Shown here piece after piece: positions 47,000 through 57,113 of a stretch of 64,000 nt of DNA; position 1 is the first letter of the stretch; every line of letters begins with the position of its first letter. The DNA comes from Klebsiella phage vB_KpnM_VPA32: the sequence record OP558005.1; one strand, written 5' to 3'. The notes beneath the pieces were generated by a model that ran no database searches, was not told where the DNA came from, and saw only the letters and a list, made by a program, of their open reading frames with translations. The position numbers and the translations under genes were made by a program.

Positions 47000-47938
47000 T
47001 CAGAAATCGTTAACGTTTTTGGTTAATTTTGAAAGTCCTGATTTCACGAAGTAAGGATAGATTTTACCACGTGGAGGTACTTTATAAGAGTTATAATAAT
47101 CCAGAATTTGATTAGCAATATCTTCTGGAATATAATCGAAGTCGATAAGCACTCGGTTTTCATAGAAACGTTTAAGCTGCTCACCTTCAAGAACAGTTGT
47201 GATATCTTCAGCGTCACAGCATTGTTCAACAAATGCAGTTTTAGTTGGTGGAGTGCGCTCACCTTCTACACGAGTATACCAGAAGTCAGAACGCACAGTA
47301 ATTGCTGCTACGTTATCTTTCTTATCGCCCTTCACTACTTTCATCATGCAATCAAGTGCAGGAGAACCTGTCTTCGCTTTAACGAATTTCTTCTGCATTG
47401 GAGACCACTGAGTTACATTCGGATATTTGTGCAACTGAGTAAAGTCACCATCCGATGAAACGATAAGTACTTTATTACCTTCTAACGAAAGCTTTTTAGT
47501 AAGGACCGCAATATGGTCATCCGCTTCCATTTTATCGATATTCATCATATGATAAGGCATGTACTTTTCAAATTCTTCAATTACAGTACGAATACCTTCG
47601 AAGTAACCTTCCCAGTCCCATTCAGATTCTTCGCGTCCATCTGCACGGTTCTTTTTGTAGTAATAAGCTTTATCACGACGCCAATAACCGGACTTAGCAT
47701 TATCACAACAAATAATCACCTTGTTGTAACCGTCTTTGCGGAATTTGAATGCGTTAAATTTCAGAGTGCTCAATACCAGATGACGAAGCATCGGAGTAGT
47801 GATTTTCTCTTTATCTTTGAAGGTGTGCATCGCCGTCGCCAATGCGATTTGAGACAAGTCGACTAGAATGTAACCATCTTTTACTTGGTCTTCTTCGTCG
47901 AACAGACAGTTTAAATTAGACATTAGAACCTCGTTCAT
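47000..47938 (-). CDS. rnh: RNase H / 5'-3' exonuclease
   Basis: 312 aa against T4 Rnh at 305 aa. Resembles T4 (..CCDNAKSGYWRRD.AYYYKKNR.., ..IVSSDGDFTQLHKYPNV.QWSPM.KK..). Confidence 0.9.
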   Translation of the reverse strand: MNEVLMSNLNCLFDEEDQVKDGYILVDLSQIALATAMHTFKDKEKITTPMLRHLVLSTLKFNAFKFRKDGYNKVIICCDNAKSGYWRRDKAYYYKKNRADGREESEWDWEGYFEGIRTVIEEFEKYMPYHMMNIDKMEADDHIAVLTKKLSLEGNKVLIVSSDGDFTQLHKYPNVTQWSPMQKKFVKAKTGSPALDCMMKVVKGDKKDNVAAITVRSDFWYTRVEGERTPPTKTAFVEQCCDAEDITTVLEGEQLKRFYENRVLIDFDYIPEDIANQILDYYNSYKVPPRGKIYPYFVKSGLSKLTKNVNDF

Positions 47939-47954
47939 TTAGTAACAGAGTCAT

Positions 47955-47962
47955 TATAAATA
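47955..47962 (+). promoter_or_regulatory. late promoter TATAAATA for gene 34
   Basis: Exact TATAAATA lies 30 nt upstream of the gene 34 ATG. Confidence 0.55.
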
Positions 47963-47992
47963 AGTTCTATAATAGCAAATAGGAGCACCATT

Positions 47993-50900
47993 ATGGCAGA
48001 TTCAATCAAACGCAAGTTTCGTGGCGCTGACGGCTTCGATGCTGCGGGTGAAAAAATAGTCAACGTTGCTACTGCTGACCGCACGGTGTTATCCGATGGC
48101 GTCAACGTTGAATTCCTTATCCAAGAAAACACATTACAACAGTATGATTCTACTCGTGGTTACACTTCCGGTTTCGCAGTAATTTACGACAACCGCATTT
48201 GGGTTTCAAATCGTGATATTGCAAAACCTGCTGGCAATTTTAATGAGCTTTATTGGACTTCGGTTCGTACCGACGCAAAATGGCGTGTAGTTTCAAGCGG
48301 AACAACAATTTTAAAATCAGGTGAATTTATTTCTGTCGATACCGCAAAAGGTAATGACATGATTTTCACTTTACCAAATAATCCGCAAGATGGTGATACA
48401 ATTATGCTGAAGGATATCGGTAATAAAACCGGTACCGTTGGTGTAACTATCAACGCATCTATTCAAGACATTGTGTTGCGTGGCCCTACGAATAAAGTTC
48501 GCTCAGTCAAAATGACTCATCCGCTGTCTCAATATGTGTTTGTGTTCAGCAATAGATTGTGGAATCTTTACGTTTCTGATTACGAACGAGTTGCTCGTAT
48601 TGTAACACCAAGCGCAGTTGTTCAAGCTCAATCTAACGACTTTATAGTTCGCAGATATACTTCTCCAGACCCAATCCGTGTTACTTTGCCTAAACATGCA
48701 AACACTGGAGATATCATCAACTTTACTGACCTTGATGGAAAGAACCCTCAATTCCATATGATTGTTAGTACTTTCGATGATAACACCAATATCGGTACTG
48801 TTGGTCAAAAATCTGTAGAAGTTCGTACTTCTGGTGACGGATTCATCATATACGATGAATCAGAGTCAATCTGGAGAATCTGGGAAGGCGACTTACGTCC
48901 GCGCATGCGTGTGATCACCGACAACGTAACTTTAATTCCAAACGAGGTTGTTACTGTTTTTGGTGTAAATAACAGCACTCAGAAAACTATTGATATAACT
49001 TTACCTACTGATATTGCTATTGGCGATACTGTCACTATTGCAATGAATTATATGCGCAAAGGACAGAAAGTAAATATCAGAGCAGCTACTGGAGATAAAA
49101 TTGCTTCAAGTCTTCAATTACTGCAATTCCCTAAACGCTCAGAGTATCCGCCTGATACCACTTGGGTAATGAATGATGTTCTTACTTTTGACGGTACTAC
49201 TTCTTATGTTCCAGTATTGCAATTATCTTATATTGAACATGCTGGAAGTAAATACTGGATTGTTGCTGATAATGCTCCGACGGTAGAACGTGTTGATTCA
49301 AAAGATAATGAAACTCGTAAACGCTTAGGTGTTATTGCATTAGCAAGTCAAGACCAAGCAAACGTTGACCACGAAAATAATCCAGAAAAAGAGTTAGCAA
49401 TTACTCCTCAAACTCTGGCAAACCGTGTTGCTACTAAAGTTCGTCGTGGTATTGCTCGTTTAGTTACTTTAACTGAAATCCAAGCTCTAACTCCTGGGCC
49501 GCATTTGGATGATGTTATTGTCACTCCTGCGATGCTGAATGAAAAAACAGCAACAGAAACTCGTCGTGGTGTTGCTGAAACTGCTACTCAAGCCGAAGCA
49601 AATGGTTCAACCGACGATGAACGTATCATCACTCCGAAGAAGCTGCATAACCGTATTGCTTCTGAGATTTTGACTGGTATTCTTAAATTAGTCAGAACGA
49701 CTGGAACTCTTGCGGGTATTGGACGTGATACAAAAGGTACTAACGTTTATGACTATGATAACAACATTGATGCGGTAACTCCAAAATCATTGTTCCAATT
49801 CAAGTCTACTGAGCAAGCTCAGGGCGGTGTTTATCTTGCAACTCAAAACGAAGTAATTGCTGGTGGTCCAGCTCAACCTGGTTTCCCAGTAGTTGTTACT
49901 CCACAAACGCTTCATGGTAAAACTTCAACTGATTCAAGAATCGGTTTGATTCAAATTGCTAAACAAGCTGAAGTAGATACTGGTACAGATTACACAAAAG
50001 CAGTTACTCCTAAAACTCTGAATGACCGTAAAGCTCGTGAAGATTTAAGTGGTATTGCTGAAATTGCAACTCAAGTTGAATTTGATACCGGAACGGACGA
50101 TACACGTATCGTAACTCCATTAAAGGTTAAAACTCGTTTCAATTCAACCGATAGAACATCTGTTGTTGCTCTGTCTGGATTAGTTGAGCAAGGAACCTTG
50201 TGGGACCATTATACATTAGATATCAAAGAAGCATCTGAGACTCAGCGTGGTACTGCTGCTCTGGCCACTCAAGTACAAGTTGATGCTGGTACTGATGATA
50301 AGACGATTGTTACGCCTAAGAAATTACAGGCTAAGAAAGCAACTGAAACTACCGAAGGTATTATCCAAGTTGCCAACCAAGCCGAAACAGTAGCCGGTAC
50401 TATTGCTAATAAAGCAGTTTCTCCTAAGAACTTTAAGTATGTTGTCCAAGAAGAAAAAACTTGGGAATCTACTATAGCTCAGCGTGGTTTCGTTAAATTA
50501 TCAGAAAAAGCACTCACCTTTAAGGGTGATACTTTAAATGGTTCTGGTCGTCTGCTTCCAGGTGATTTAATTAACGAACCCGCTTTAACAGATTTGCCTA
50601 AAGAAGGTTATGCAGTATCTCCATATGAGATGAACCGTGCTCTGCAATACTTCTTGCCGGCTAAAGCAAAAGCTGTTGATTCGGATTTACTGGATGGAAT
50701 TGATTCAACTCAGTTTGTTCGCCGCGATATCGACCAAGTAGTTAATGGTAAAATTACATTCAAAAAGGATGTTACTCTAGAAGCTCCTCTGGTGTCCTCT
50801 AGTACGGCCAAATTCACTACCGTGAATGCTACTATATCTGTTGATATTGGTGATTCTCTGGGTAATTCTAGAATCAATTTGAATACTCTGGCGAATGGTT

Positions 50901-51787
50901 GGAACATTGAAACTCTGGCGAATGGTTCAACTCTCGATTTTACTGCTACAGATAAAGTTCTGACGCTTAATCGCAATGGAAACGTAACGGTTGCTCAGAC
51001 TCTGACGGCAATGAATAAAGTTGATGCTAATAAGGGCTTTTCAGTCGAAGGTGGTACAATGGTTATCAATCCTTCCTCTACTGAAATTGTCATTGGTACT
51101 CAATCTAAGCAAGTAACATTGCAGAACAAAGATGCTAAGACATTCTCAGTTGTAGACCCTTCTGGCACTTACACCATTCTGAATACCAAGAATGCTTTTG
51201 AAATAACGGCTCAAGGGTTCGTTAAGAAAGCGGGTGATTCAATGACTGGGCCACTTCAAATTCAAGCTCCATTAACTGTTCAGATTCCTGAAGGACGAGT
51301 TGCTCCTGATGTTAAACCATCAGATGATAACCCAGCTTCATGGTCTGCATCAATTACATCAGCAGCAATTTACAATAAATTGCCTGGTTTCGGTGTTCCA
51401 GTTATGGAAAAAGATGCTGAAGGACAAGACACTGGTTTCGTAGACCATTACGAATATGTTAAAGGCCCAGGTGTATTAACTCAACATGGTATTGGTAAGA
51501 CTGCGGTCTATCAAATTTGGGCACCTCGCCCAACTGTACAAGAGTTAAACCATAATGCTCAAACTTTCTGGATTCGTAACTTTAACATCGTCACTGGTGA
51601 GTGGGACGAATTTGGTAAGATGTACACTTCCGTTCAGAGACCTACTGCAGGGGAAATTGGTGCTGTATCAACCTCAGGTTCAGCGTTCAATAACTTAACG
51701 ATTCGTGATTGGTTGCAGATTAAGAACGTTCGTATTGTTCCTAATGAAACTACTCGTACTGTTGACTTCATATGGGTTGATGAATAA
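47993..51787 (+). CDS. 34: long tail fibre proximal subunit gp34
   Basis: 1264 aa against T4 gp34 at 1289 aa. Repetitive beta-rich fibre sequence, first gene of the 34-37 block. Confidence 0.9.
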   Translation: MADSIKRKFRGADGFDAAGEKIVNVATADRTVLSDGVNVEFLIQENTLQQYDSTRGYTSGFAVIYDNRIWVSNRDIAKPAGNFNELYWTSVRTDAKWRVVSSGTTILKSGEFISVDTAKGNDMIFTLPNNPQDGDTIMLKDIGNKTGTVGVTINASIQDIVLRGPTNKVRSVKMTHPLSQYVFVFSNRLWNLYVSDYERVARIVTPSAVVQAQSNDFIVRRYTSPDPIRVTLPKHANTGDIINFTDLDGKNPQFHMIVSTFDDNTNIGTVGQKSVEVRTSGDGFIIYDESESIWRIWEGDLRPRMRVITDNVTLIPNEVVTVFGVNNSTQKTIDITLPTDIAIGDTVTIAMNYMRKGQKVNIRAATGDKIASSLQLLQFPKRSEYPPDTTWVMNDVLTFDGTTSYVPVLQLSYIEHAGSKYWIVADNAPTVERVDSKDNETRKRLGVIALASQDQANVDHENNPEKELAITPQTLANRVATKVRRGIARLVTLTEIQALTPGPHLDDVIVTPAMLNEKTATETRRGVAETATQAEANGSTDDERIITPKKLHNRIASEILTGILKLVRTTGTLAGIGRDTKGTNVYDYDNNIDAVTPKSLFQFKSTEQAQGGVYLATQNEVIAGGPAQPGFPVVVTPQTLHGKTSTDSRIGLIQIAKQAEVDTGTDYTKAVTPKTLNDRKAREDLSGIAEIATQVEFDTGTDDTRIVTPLKVKTRFNSTDRTSVVALSGLVEQGTLWDHYTLDIKEASETQRGTAALATQVQVDAGTDDKTIVTPKKLQAKKATETTEGIIQVANQAETVAGTIANKAVSPKNFKYVVQEEKTWESTIAQRGFVKLSEKALTFKGDTLNGSGRLLPGDLINEPALTDLPKEGYAVSPYEMNRALQYFLPAKAKAVDSDLLDGIDSTQFVRRDIDQVVNGKITFKKDVTLEAPLVSSSTAKFTTVNATISVDIGDSLGNSRINLNTLANGWNIETLANGSTLDFTATDKVLTLNRNGNVTVAQTLTAMNKVDANKGFSVEGGTMVINPSSTEIVIGTQSKQVTLQNKDAKTFSVVDPSGTYTILNTKNAFEITAQGFVKKAGDSMTGPLQIQAPLTVQIPEGRVAPDVKPSDDNPASWSASITSAAIYNKLPGFGVPVMEKDAEGQDTGFVDHYEYVKGPGVLTQHGIGKTAVYQIWAPRPTVQELNHNAQTFWIRNFNIVTGEWDEFGKMYTSVQRPTAGEIGAVSTSGSAFNNLTIRDWLQIKNVRIVPNETTRTVDFIWVDE

Positions 51788-52935
51788 TGGCTAAAATGAT
51801 GGCGAGCTTTGGACAAGGATTTGTCCAAACTCAAGTTCTCTCTGAGAACAATTCCGTCAAGTATAAGCTAGCATTCGCTGCAGGGGTAGCTCAGTCTACC
51901 CCTTCTGAAGCTTATTATACTTTCCAGGATGAACCTGCTGGTGTTCAATATGACGGTCCCGGCATAAATTTGAGAGAGTTTAATCCAATTAACAATCAAA
52001 TGATTAACTTCAAGACTTTTAATATAAAGCCTGAAGATACAAATGCTGGAACAAAAGCATTTGTCGATCATATGAAAACATTAGTATCTTCTGACAATTT
52101 GCTTATAATTACTTCATATGATAGATTATATTCAAGCCCGTCTGTTGAAGCATTAATGAAATCAATAGGTTCAGTTTTATGGCCGAGCATATTCTTGACG
52201 ACTAATTACAGTTGCAACTATTGCGCGTTGTATTCTATAAATCGTAAAAAGATAATTGCTGAAAATGCTACTTACTCTGATTTCAAAAAAGAAGACAGAG
52301 ACATTAGGCCAGCCCTTGAATTCATTTATGATAAACCTAGTGATATAGGAGCTACTGGGTATTCTCAAAAAGCTATCGACGACCCTGAAACTTATATCAT
52401 TGATAAAGATAATACTAGTAAAAGATTTCCACAGCAATTTGAACAAATATCTCCAATAAGTGAGTATGGAATTTCTCCTGGAGATAAAATGCAATGGAAC
52501 TTTGAAGTTAAAGGTAATGCTTCTTTAAATGCTCCTGGACAAAATATTAGAGTGAACTTAAGATGGTTTAAAGGAAGCTCTTATTTATCTGGAGCTGTGG
52601 TCGAAACAAATCCTCTAGATGCAGACAAATGGGCTTGGCATCAAAGATATGTCACTGTACCAGACACTGCTGATGGATTTACTATCATCGCTTCTCGTTA
52701 TCCAGAAGTTGCCGGTTCTGAGGGAAGCGGAGCTATTAGAGAAATGATGCTTACTCAAGTGTCAAGATTAGTAGAACCTCTTATGGACCCTGCCGGATTC
52801 GGTGTCAATGGTATTCGTATGAATAATATGATTTCTGACGGAGTAGATGAAAATACTCTATTAGTCCTTCCTGATACTGAAGATGATAAGTCTGGAAACA
52901 TTTATTCCGCTGATTTCAGAGAATACACAGATTAA
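51787..52935 (+). CDS. 35: long tail fibre hinge protein gp35
   Basis: 382 aa against T4 gp35 at 372 aa. ATGA-type junction with gene 34. Confidence 0.8.
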   Translation: MAKMMASFGQGFVQTQVLSENNSVKYKLAFAAGVAQSTPSEAYYTFQDEPAGVQYDGPGINLREFNPINNQMINFKTFNIKPEDTNAGTKAFVDHMKTLVSSDNLLIITSYDRLYSSPSVEALMKSIGSVLWPSIFLTTNYSCNYCALYSINRKKIIAENATYSDFKKEDRDIRPALEFIYDKPSDIGATGYSQKAIDDPETYIIDKDNTSKRFPQQFEQISPISEYGISPGDKMQWNFEVKGNASLNAPGQNIRVNLRWFKGSSYLSGAVVETNPLDADKWAWHQRYVTVPDTADGFTIIASRYPEVAGSEGSGAIREMMLTQVSRLVEPLMDPAGFGVNGIRMNNMISDGVDENTLLVLPDTEDDKSGNIYSADFREYTD

Positions 52936-52960
52936 AGCCCTTCGGGGCTTTTGTTGTTTC
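52935..52960 (+). terminator. terminator after gene 35
   Basis: AAAGCCCTTCGGGGCTTT followed by TGTTGTTTC. Confidence 0.55.
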
Positions 52961-52994
52961 TGAATAAATACAACAAACATATAAGGGGAAGGCC

Positions 52995-53648
52995 ATGGCT
53001 GATTTAAAAGCTAACAGTACAATTGGCGGATTACCGATTTGGCACCAGGGGAATTTCCCTCTTTTTCCAATAAACGATACTCTGCTTTACAAGACTTATA
53101 AAGTCTATACCGAATACGACAAGCCTCAAGCTGTAGATAACGACTTTGTTTCTAAAGCTGATGGCGGAACATATCTACAAACAGTTAACTTTAACCAAGG
53201 AATGACTTTCCTTGATAGTGCCGGTGCTGAAGTTACAATAGGAAAAGCAACTGGAACATTAGGAGCAACCTATACTGCTTCAATTAAAGTACCTGCTCAA
53301 TTTGCGTTTGAAACCGGTGAAGGCAAACCGTTTGTAATTTTTGACCCAGTTACTGATATGACTAAGCCTCGTCTTATTGTGATGGGAGATGTCTTAGGTA
53401 AGTTTTTATATGATGAAGCTGGACGAGTTTATTCACCAGGAAATAAACCTACCAATGTTGATGTTGGTTTAGGTAATGTCACCAATGACACTCAGGTGAA
53501 AATAAATACAACCGAATTACAAACAATGACAGGTCCATTAGCTGCTCCAAATTTAATTTCTTTAAACGCAGCTTCTGCACCACAACACGTTCCTCGTTTT
53601 GACCAGATTGTCGTAAGAGATTCTATTCAAGATTTTGGAACCTATTGA
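52995..53648 (+). CDS. 36: long tail fibre distal connector gp36
   Basis: 217 aa against T4 gp36 at 221 aa. Confidence 0.8.
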   Translation: MADLKANSTIGGLPIWHQGNFPLFPINDTLLYKTYKVYTEYDKPQAVDNDFVSKADGGTYLQTVNFNQGMTFLDSAGAEVTIGKATGTLGATYTASIKVPAQFAFETGEGKPFVIFDPVTDMTKPRLIVMGDVLGKFLYDEAGRVYSPGNKPTNVDVGLGNVTNDTQVKINTTELQTMTGPLAAPNLISLNAASAPQHVPRFDQIVVRDSIQDFGTY

Positions 53649-56268
53649 GGAATTTATGGCAACTATCAAACAAATTCAATTTAAGCGTTCTAATGTTGCT
53701 GGTAAAAGGCCACTTCCTGCTGATATCGCAGAAGGTGAATTAGCAATTAACATCAAAGATTCGACTTTATTTACAAAGAACGCTGATGGACAAATTATTG
53801 ACCTCGGTTTTGCTAAAGGTGGTAAAATCGACGGTGACGTTACTCAAGTAGGTAATTACACTCAAACCGGTAATTACACCACTACTGGCGATATTAGTGC
53901 TAAAACTGTTTTAGCCTCAGCAGGTGTTTCATCAAATGGTGATATTGTTGCTGAAAGGGGTGTAATTCGAACTCATGCTGCTTCAGGCAACGCTCATTTA
54001 TGGTTTGAAGGTGAAGAAGTAACTGGCGAAAACCGTAATAAAGAACGAGGTGTTTTATATGCTACCCAACAAACAGATACAGATGGGCGAGTAAACCTTC
54101 GAGTTTACAATGGTAAAGCCCACGCGGCTAATACAAACAACGCACTGTTTGTGTTTAACGGTGCCGGGGATTTCGCCGCTCCTAAAGATTTGTATGGTCA
54201 ACGCTCTCGTTTAAGTATTGAGTCTATAGCCCCAGTAATGAATACAAATCGCCTTTTAACAGCAAATAAACCATTTGCAAACCAAGTGTATAGCTTTGAT
54301 GATATAGTCAATTATAAAGCCGGCGAGAATGGCGCTCTTGCGTTAAACTATGTATACAAAGGCCGGGCGCATCAGACTGGCACGATTTGGCATCATTTAA
54401 TAGACGAGCGCGAAGCTCCTGAATGGGTCCTTTATACTGGTTCCGGACCGGCTAATAAAATGTTTGCACTTCGCTCTGTTGGCACTTTAGGACATGCTCA
54501 ATTCACTGGTAGCTTATTCTTAGGTTCTGGTAGCAGTGGAACTGGTTTTGTATCTGGAATGGGCGAAGGCTCTTTAGCATTGGGTGATAACGATACCGGA
54601 TTCAGAAATGATGGCGATGGTGCATTTAGCGTAATGGGCAATAGCAGAGCTCTTGTACATTATAATGCTTCAGCTCCTAAATTCCAAATTGAACATAGAA
54701 AAGCAACTAGAATCACTCACACTGATAATGCTAACACACCAATTTTGCCATCTAATAACAATCCAATTCTTGAGATTGATACATCATTAGATGGTAATAA
54801 TGCAGGTGGTAATGGATTAACTCTCTTGGGTTATGTGTCTAGCGGAAGATATTACCATTATTTTCGTGGTACTGGCGGCGCTAGCTTCGATATGGATAGT
54901 GGGGTTAATATCACTAAAGGCGGATTGACGGTCGTTGGTGGCGCATATATAAATGGCTCTGTTGGTTCAAATGGACAGTTTAAAACTTCTGCAAATGACG
55001 GTTTAAAAATTTGGAATGGCGATTATGGTATGATACTGCGCCGTTCTGAAAATAACTTTTATCTTATCCCGACCACACAAGGTCAAGCTGAAAATGGTGG
55101 CATTGGCAATTTGCGACCGTTTTTTATTGATTGTGCTACTGGTAATGTTTCTATGAACCATAACGTAACAATTGGTGGTCAATCTACTTTAAATGGTAAT
55201 GTTACTTTAGGTTCGGGCCAAATTAGCTTGCTCGGTGGTTCGGGTAATATCGGATTTGCAAAAGCGGGTACAAGCCCTTATTCAATGCGAATTTTCTACG
55301 CAGGGAATGCTGACCGTGGTAACCGTTTAGAATTTGCTGATGAAGCTTCTTATTTGATGTATATTGAACGTCATCCATCTGTAGGTATTCAGTTAGTTAC
55401 TAATGGCGGTCATGTTAAAACCGGAGCTGGAAGCGTTTATACTGAAGCTATAGCGTTAAATAGCGGTGCAAGATTTGTGGCTGATGGCAACATTTATTTA
55501 CCAAATGCAACTAATGGTTTTTCTACAGGTTGGTTATTAGGCCAAATTAACAGTAGAATAAATGGTGTAAACGACAACGCTAATAATAGAGTAGCCAAAT
55601 CTGGTGATACCATGACTGGTACCTTGACTATTAACAACGGTGCAAACACTGGTGTAATGGTTTCTGGTATTACATCTGGTAGTGATAAAGGATTAATACG
55701 AGGTAACGTTGATGGCGGCGCTCATACAGCATGGGAAAACCGTTCTTCTGGTCTTCAATTAGATTGTCCGAATTCCGATGGTAGCGCATATAACGTATGG
55801 AAAGCAACTAAATGGGGAGCTTACCATATTGCTGCAATGGATGTTTACGCTCCTAGTGGTAATGGATATGTTCGCTTAGTTATTCGTAACGGCGGAGCCC
55901 ACATCTGGAACAACAGCAGTTATACGTCTCCGGTGCAGATTAATGCTCCTGAATTTTATTTGACTTCAGATATTTCATTGAAGAAAGATATTCGTTCAAT
56001 CGAGGATTCTCGTTCTAATTTGCATAAGGTTGAAATTAAACGATATGCAATGAAAGACGGTTCTAACGATAATGCAATCGGTGTTATAGCACAAGAAGTT
56101 CAAAAGGTTTATCCTGAGCTTGTCAGTGAAAATAAAGACGATGGCAAATTATCTGTTAACTATCGTGGACTTTCTTCTGTTCTTTGGAAAATTGTTCAAG
56201 AACAAGATAAAGAATTGGAAGATGTTAAATCTCGTTTGGCTCGCATCGAAGAGCTTTTGTCTAAATAA
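53635..56268 (+). CDS. 37: long tail fibre distal subunit gp37 with C-terminal intramolecular-chaperone-like domain
   Basis: 877 aa. The N-terminus resembles T4 gp37 (MATIKQIQFKRS.. KRPLPADIAEGELAINIKD). The last 100 aa or so resemble the IMC/S74-type auto-chaperone segment seen in other fibre proteins (..SDISLKKDIRSIED.. KELEDVKSRLARIEELLSK). Confidence 0.8.
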   Translation: MEPIEEFMATIKQIQFKRSNVAGKRPLPADIAEGELAINIKDSTLFTKNADGQIIDLGFAKGGKIDGDVTQVGNYTQTGNYTTTGDISAKTVLASAGVSSNGDIVAERGVIRTHAASGNAHLWFEGEEVTGENRNKERGVLYATQQTDTDGRVNLRVYNGKAHAANTNNALFVFNGAGDFAAPKDLYGQRSRLSIESIAPVMNTNRLLTANKPFANQVYSFDDIVNYKAGENGALALNYVYKGRAHQTGTIWHHLIDEREAPEWVLYTGSGPANKMFALRSVGTLGHAQFTGSLFLGSGSSGTGFVSGMGEGSLALGDNDTGFRNDGDGAFSVMGNSRALVHYNASAPKFQIEHRKATRITHTDNANTPILPSNNNPILEIDTSLDGNNAGGNGLTLLGYVSSGRYYHYFRGTGGASFDMDSGVNITKGGLTVVGGAYINGSVGSNGQFKTSANDGLKIWNGDYGMILRRSENNFYLIPTTQGQAENGGIGNLRPFFIDCATGNVSMNHNVTIGGQSTLNGNVTLGSGQISLLGGSGNIGFAKAGTSPYSMRIFYAGNADRGNRLEFADEASYLMYIERHPSVGIQLVTNGGHVKTGAGSVYTEAIALNSGARFVADGNIYLPNATNGFSTGWLLGQINSRINGVNDNANNRVAKSGDTMTGTLTINNGANTGVMVSGITSGSDKGLIRGNVDGGAHTAWENRSSGLQLDCPNSDGSAYNVWKATKWGAYHIAAMDVYAPSGNGYVRLVIRNGGAHIWNNSSYTSPVQINAPEFYLTSDISLKKDIRSIEDSRSNLHKVEIKRYAMKDGSNDNAIGVIAQEVQKVYPELVSENKDDGKLSVNYRGLSSVLWKIVQEQDKELEDVKSRLARIEELLSK

Positions 56269-56272
56269 TTTA

Positions 56273-56299
56273 AGGGCCTTCGGGCCCTAGAGGATTTTT
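56273..56299 (+). terminator. hairpin between genes 37 and 38 (possible attenuator)
   Basis: AGGGCCTTCGGGCCCT followed by ATTTTTA. The gene 38 RBS follows immediately. Confidence 0.4.
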
Positions 56300-56301
56300 A
56301 A

Positions 56302-57084
56302 ATGGCTATTTCAGGTCCTAATATTGGCACTTCAGCTTTTAATGAAACAGGACAAAGAGCAATGTCAGCTGCTCGAGCCAGAGTAAGACTTGTTGCTTCT
56401 CCTGGGCGTTTATCTGAAATGATTGGACGCTCTGTAGAAATAACGATAACTTTAGGCTCTAATCATAGTTATGACAGAAACGACTTGATTAATAAACTTC
56501 GTGCATTGGGTTCTACCCCAGCGGTTGTTGTAATTTCAGGTGATTTGGTTGCTCAAAATACTGGTGTTCCTTGTTTAGAATTTCCATCTAACTTACCGAA
56601 CGAATATGTTCATTTACGAGTTAATGCTAACGTATATGGTAGGGGTGGTGCAGGTTGTAGTAATGGGCAAACATCAGGTCTTCCAGGTGGGCCGTGTATT
56701 TTAAACAGCTTTGGTACTCGTCTTCGCATAGAAAATAACGCTGCTATTTGTGGTGGCGGTGGCGGTGGCGGTGGCGTAAAAGTCGGACAAAACGTAGTTT
56801 CAGGCGGTTCTGGCGGGCGTCCATTTGGCGCTGCGGGTGTAGCAAGTGGACGAGATTCAATAAATGGTAATGCAGCATCGTTAACTGCTCCTGGTGGAAC
56901 TCCTGCAAAAACTCGTTATGGCACAACCGGTGGTGCGGGCGGTAACGTTGGTGCAGCAGGCGCTGCTGGTACAAACGATGGCGGTAACATTACCAACTAT
57001 CCAGGCGGCGCAGCCGGCGCAGCAGTATATGGAAATGCTCCAACTTGGATTAAAGTTGGTAGCGTTTATGGCTCAAGAGTTTAA
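56302..57084 (+). CDS. 38: T2-type receptor-recognising adhesin gp38 (glycine-rich motifs)
   Basis: 260 aa. It contains several Gly-rich motifs (GGAGCSNG, CGGGGGGGGVKVG, GGSGGRPFGAAG, GGAGGNVGAAGAAG) separated by variable segments, as in T2/K3-type gp38. Position after gene 37. Confidence 0.7.
   Translation: MAISGPNIGTSAFNETGQRAMSAARARVRLVASPGRLSEMIGRSVEITITLGSNHSYDRNDLINKLRALGSTPAVVVISGDLVAQNTGVPCLEFPSNLPNEYVHLRVNANVYGRGGAGCSNGQTSGLPGGPCILNSFGTRLRIENNAAICGGGGGGGGVKVGQNVVSGGSGGRPFGAAGVASGRDSINGNAASLTAPGGTPAKTRYGTTGGAGGNVGAAGAAGTNDGGNITNYPGGAAGAAVYGNAPTWIKVGSVYGSRV
56751..56775 (+). repeat. (GGTGGC)4 hexanucleotide tandem repeat encoding poly-Gly in gp38
   Basis: ggtggcggtggcggtggcggtggcg. 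Confidence 0.7.
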
Positions 57085-57086
57085 AG

Positions 57087-57094
57087 CATAAATA
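57087..57094 (+). promoter_or_regulatory. late-promoter-like box CATAAATA upstream of gene t
   Basis: A 7/8 match to TATAAATA lies 20 nt upstream of the t ATG. A strong RBS AAGGAGGG follows. Confidence 0.4.
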
Positions 57095-57113
57095 CCCTTG
57101 AAAAGGAGGGTAT

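Noticed and set aside
56744-56974. 76-aa minus-strand ORF rich in His/Arg/Leu
   Set aside because: It is antisense to the glycine-codon-rich part of gp38. GGN codons read in reverse give CCN and NCC, which produces an artefactual open frame.
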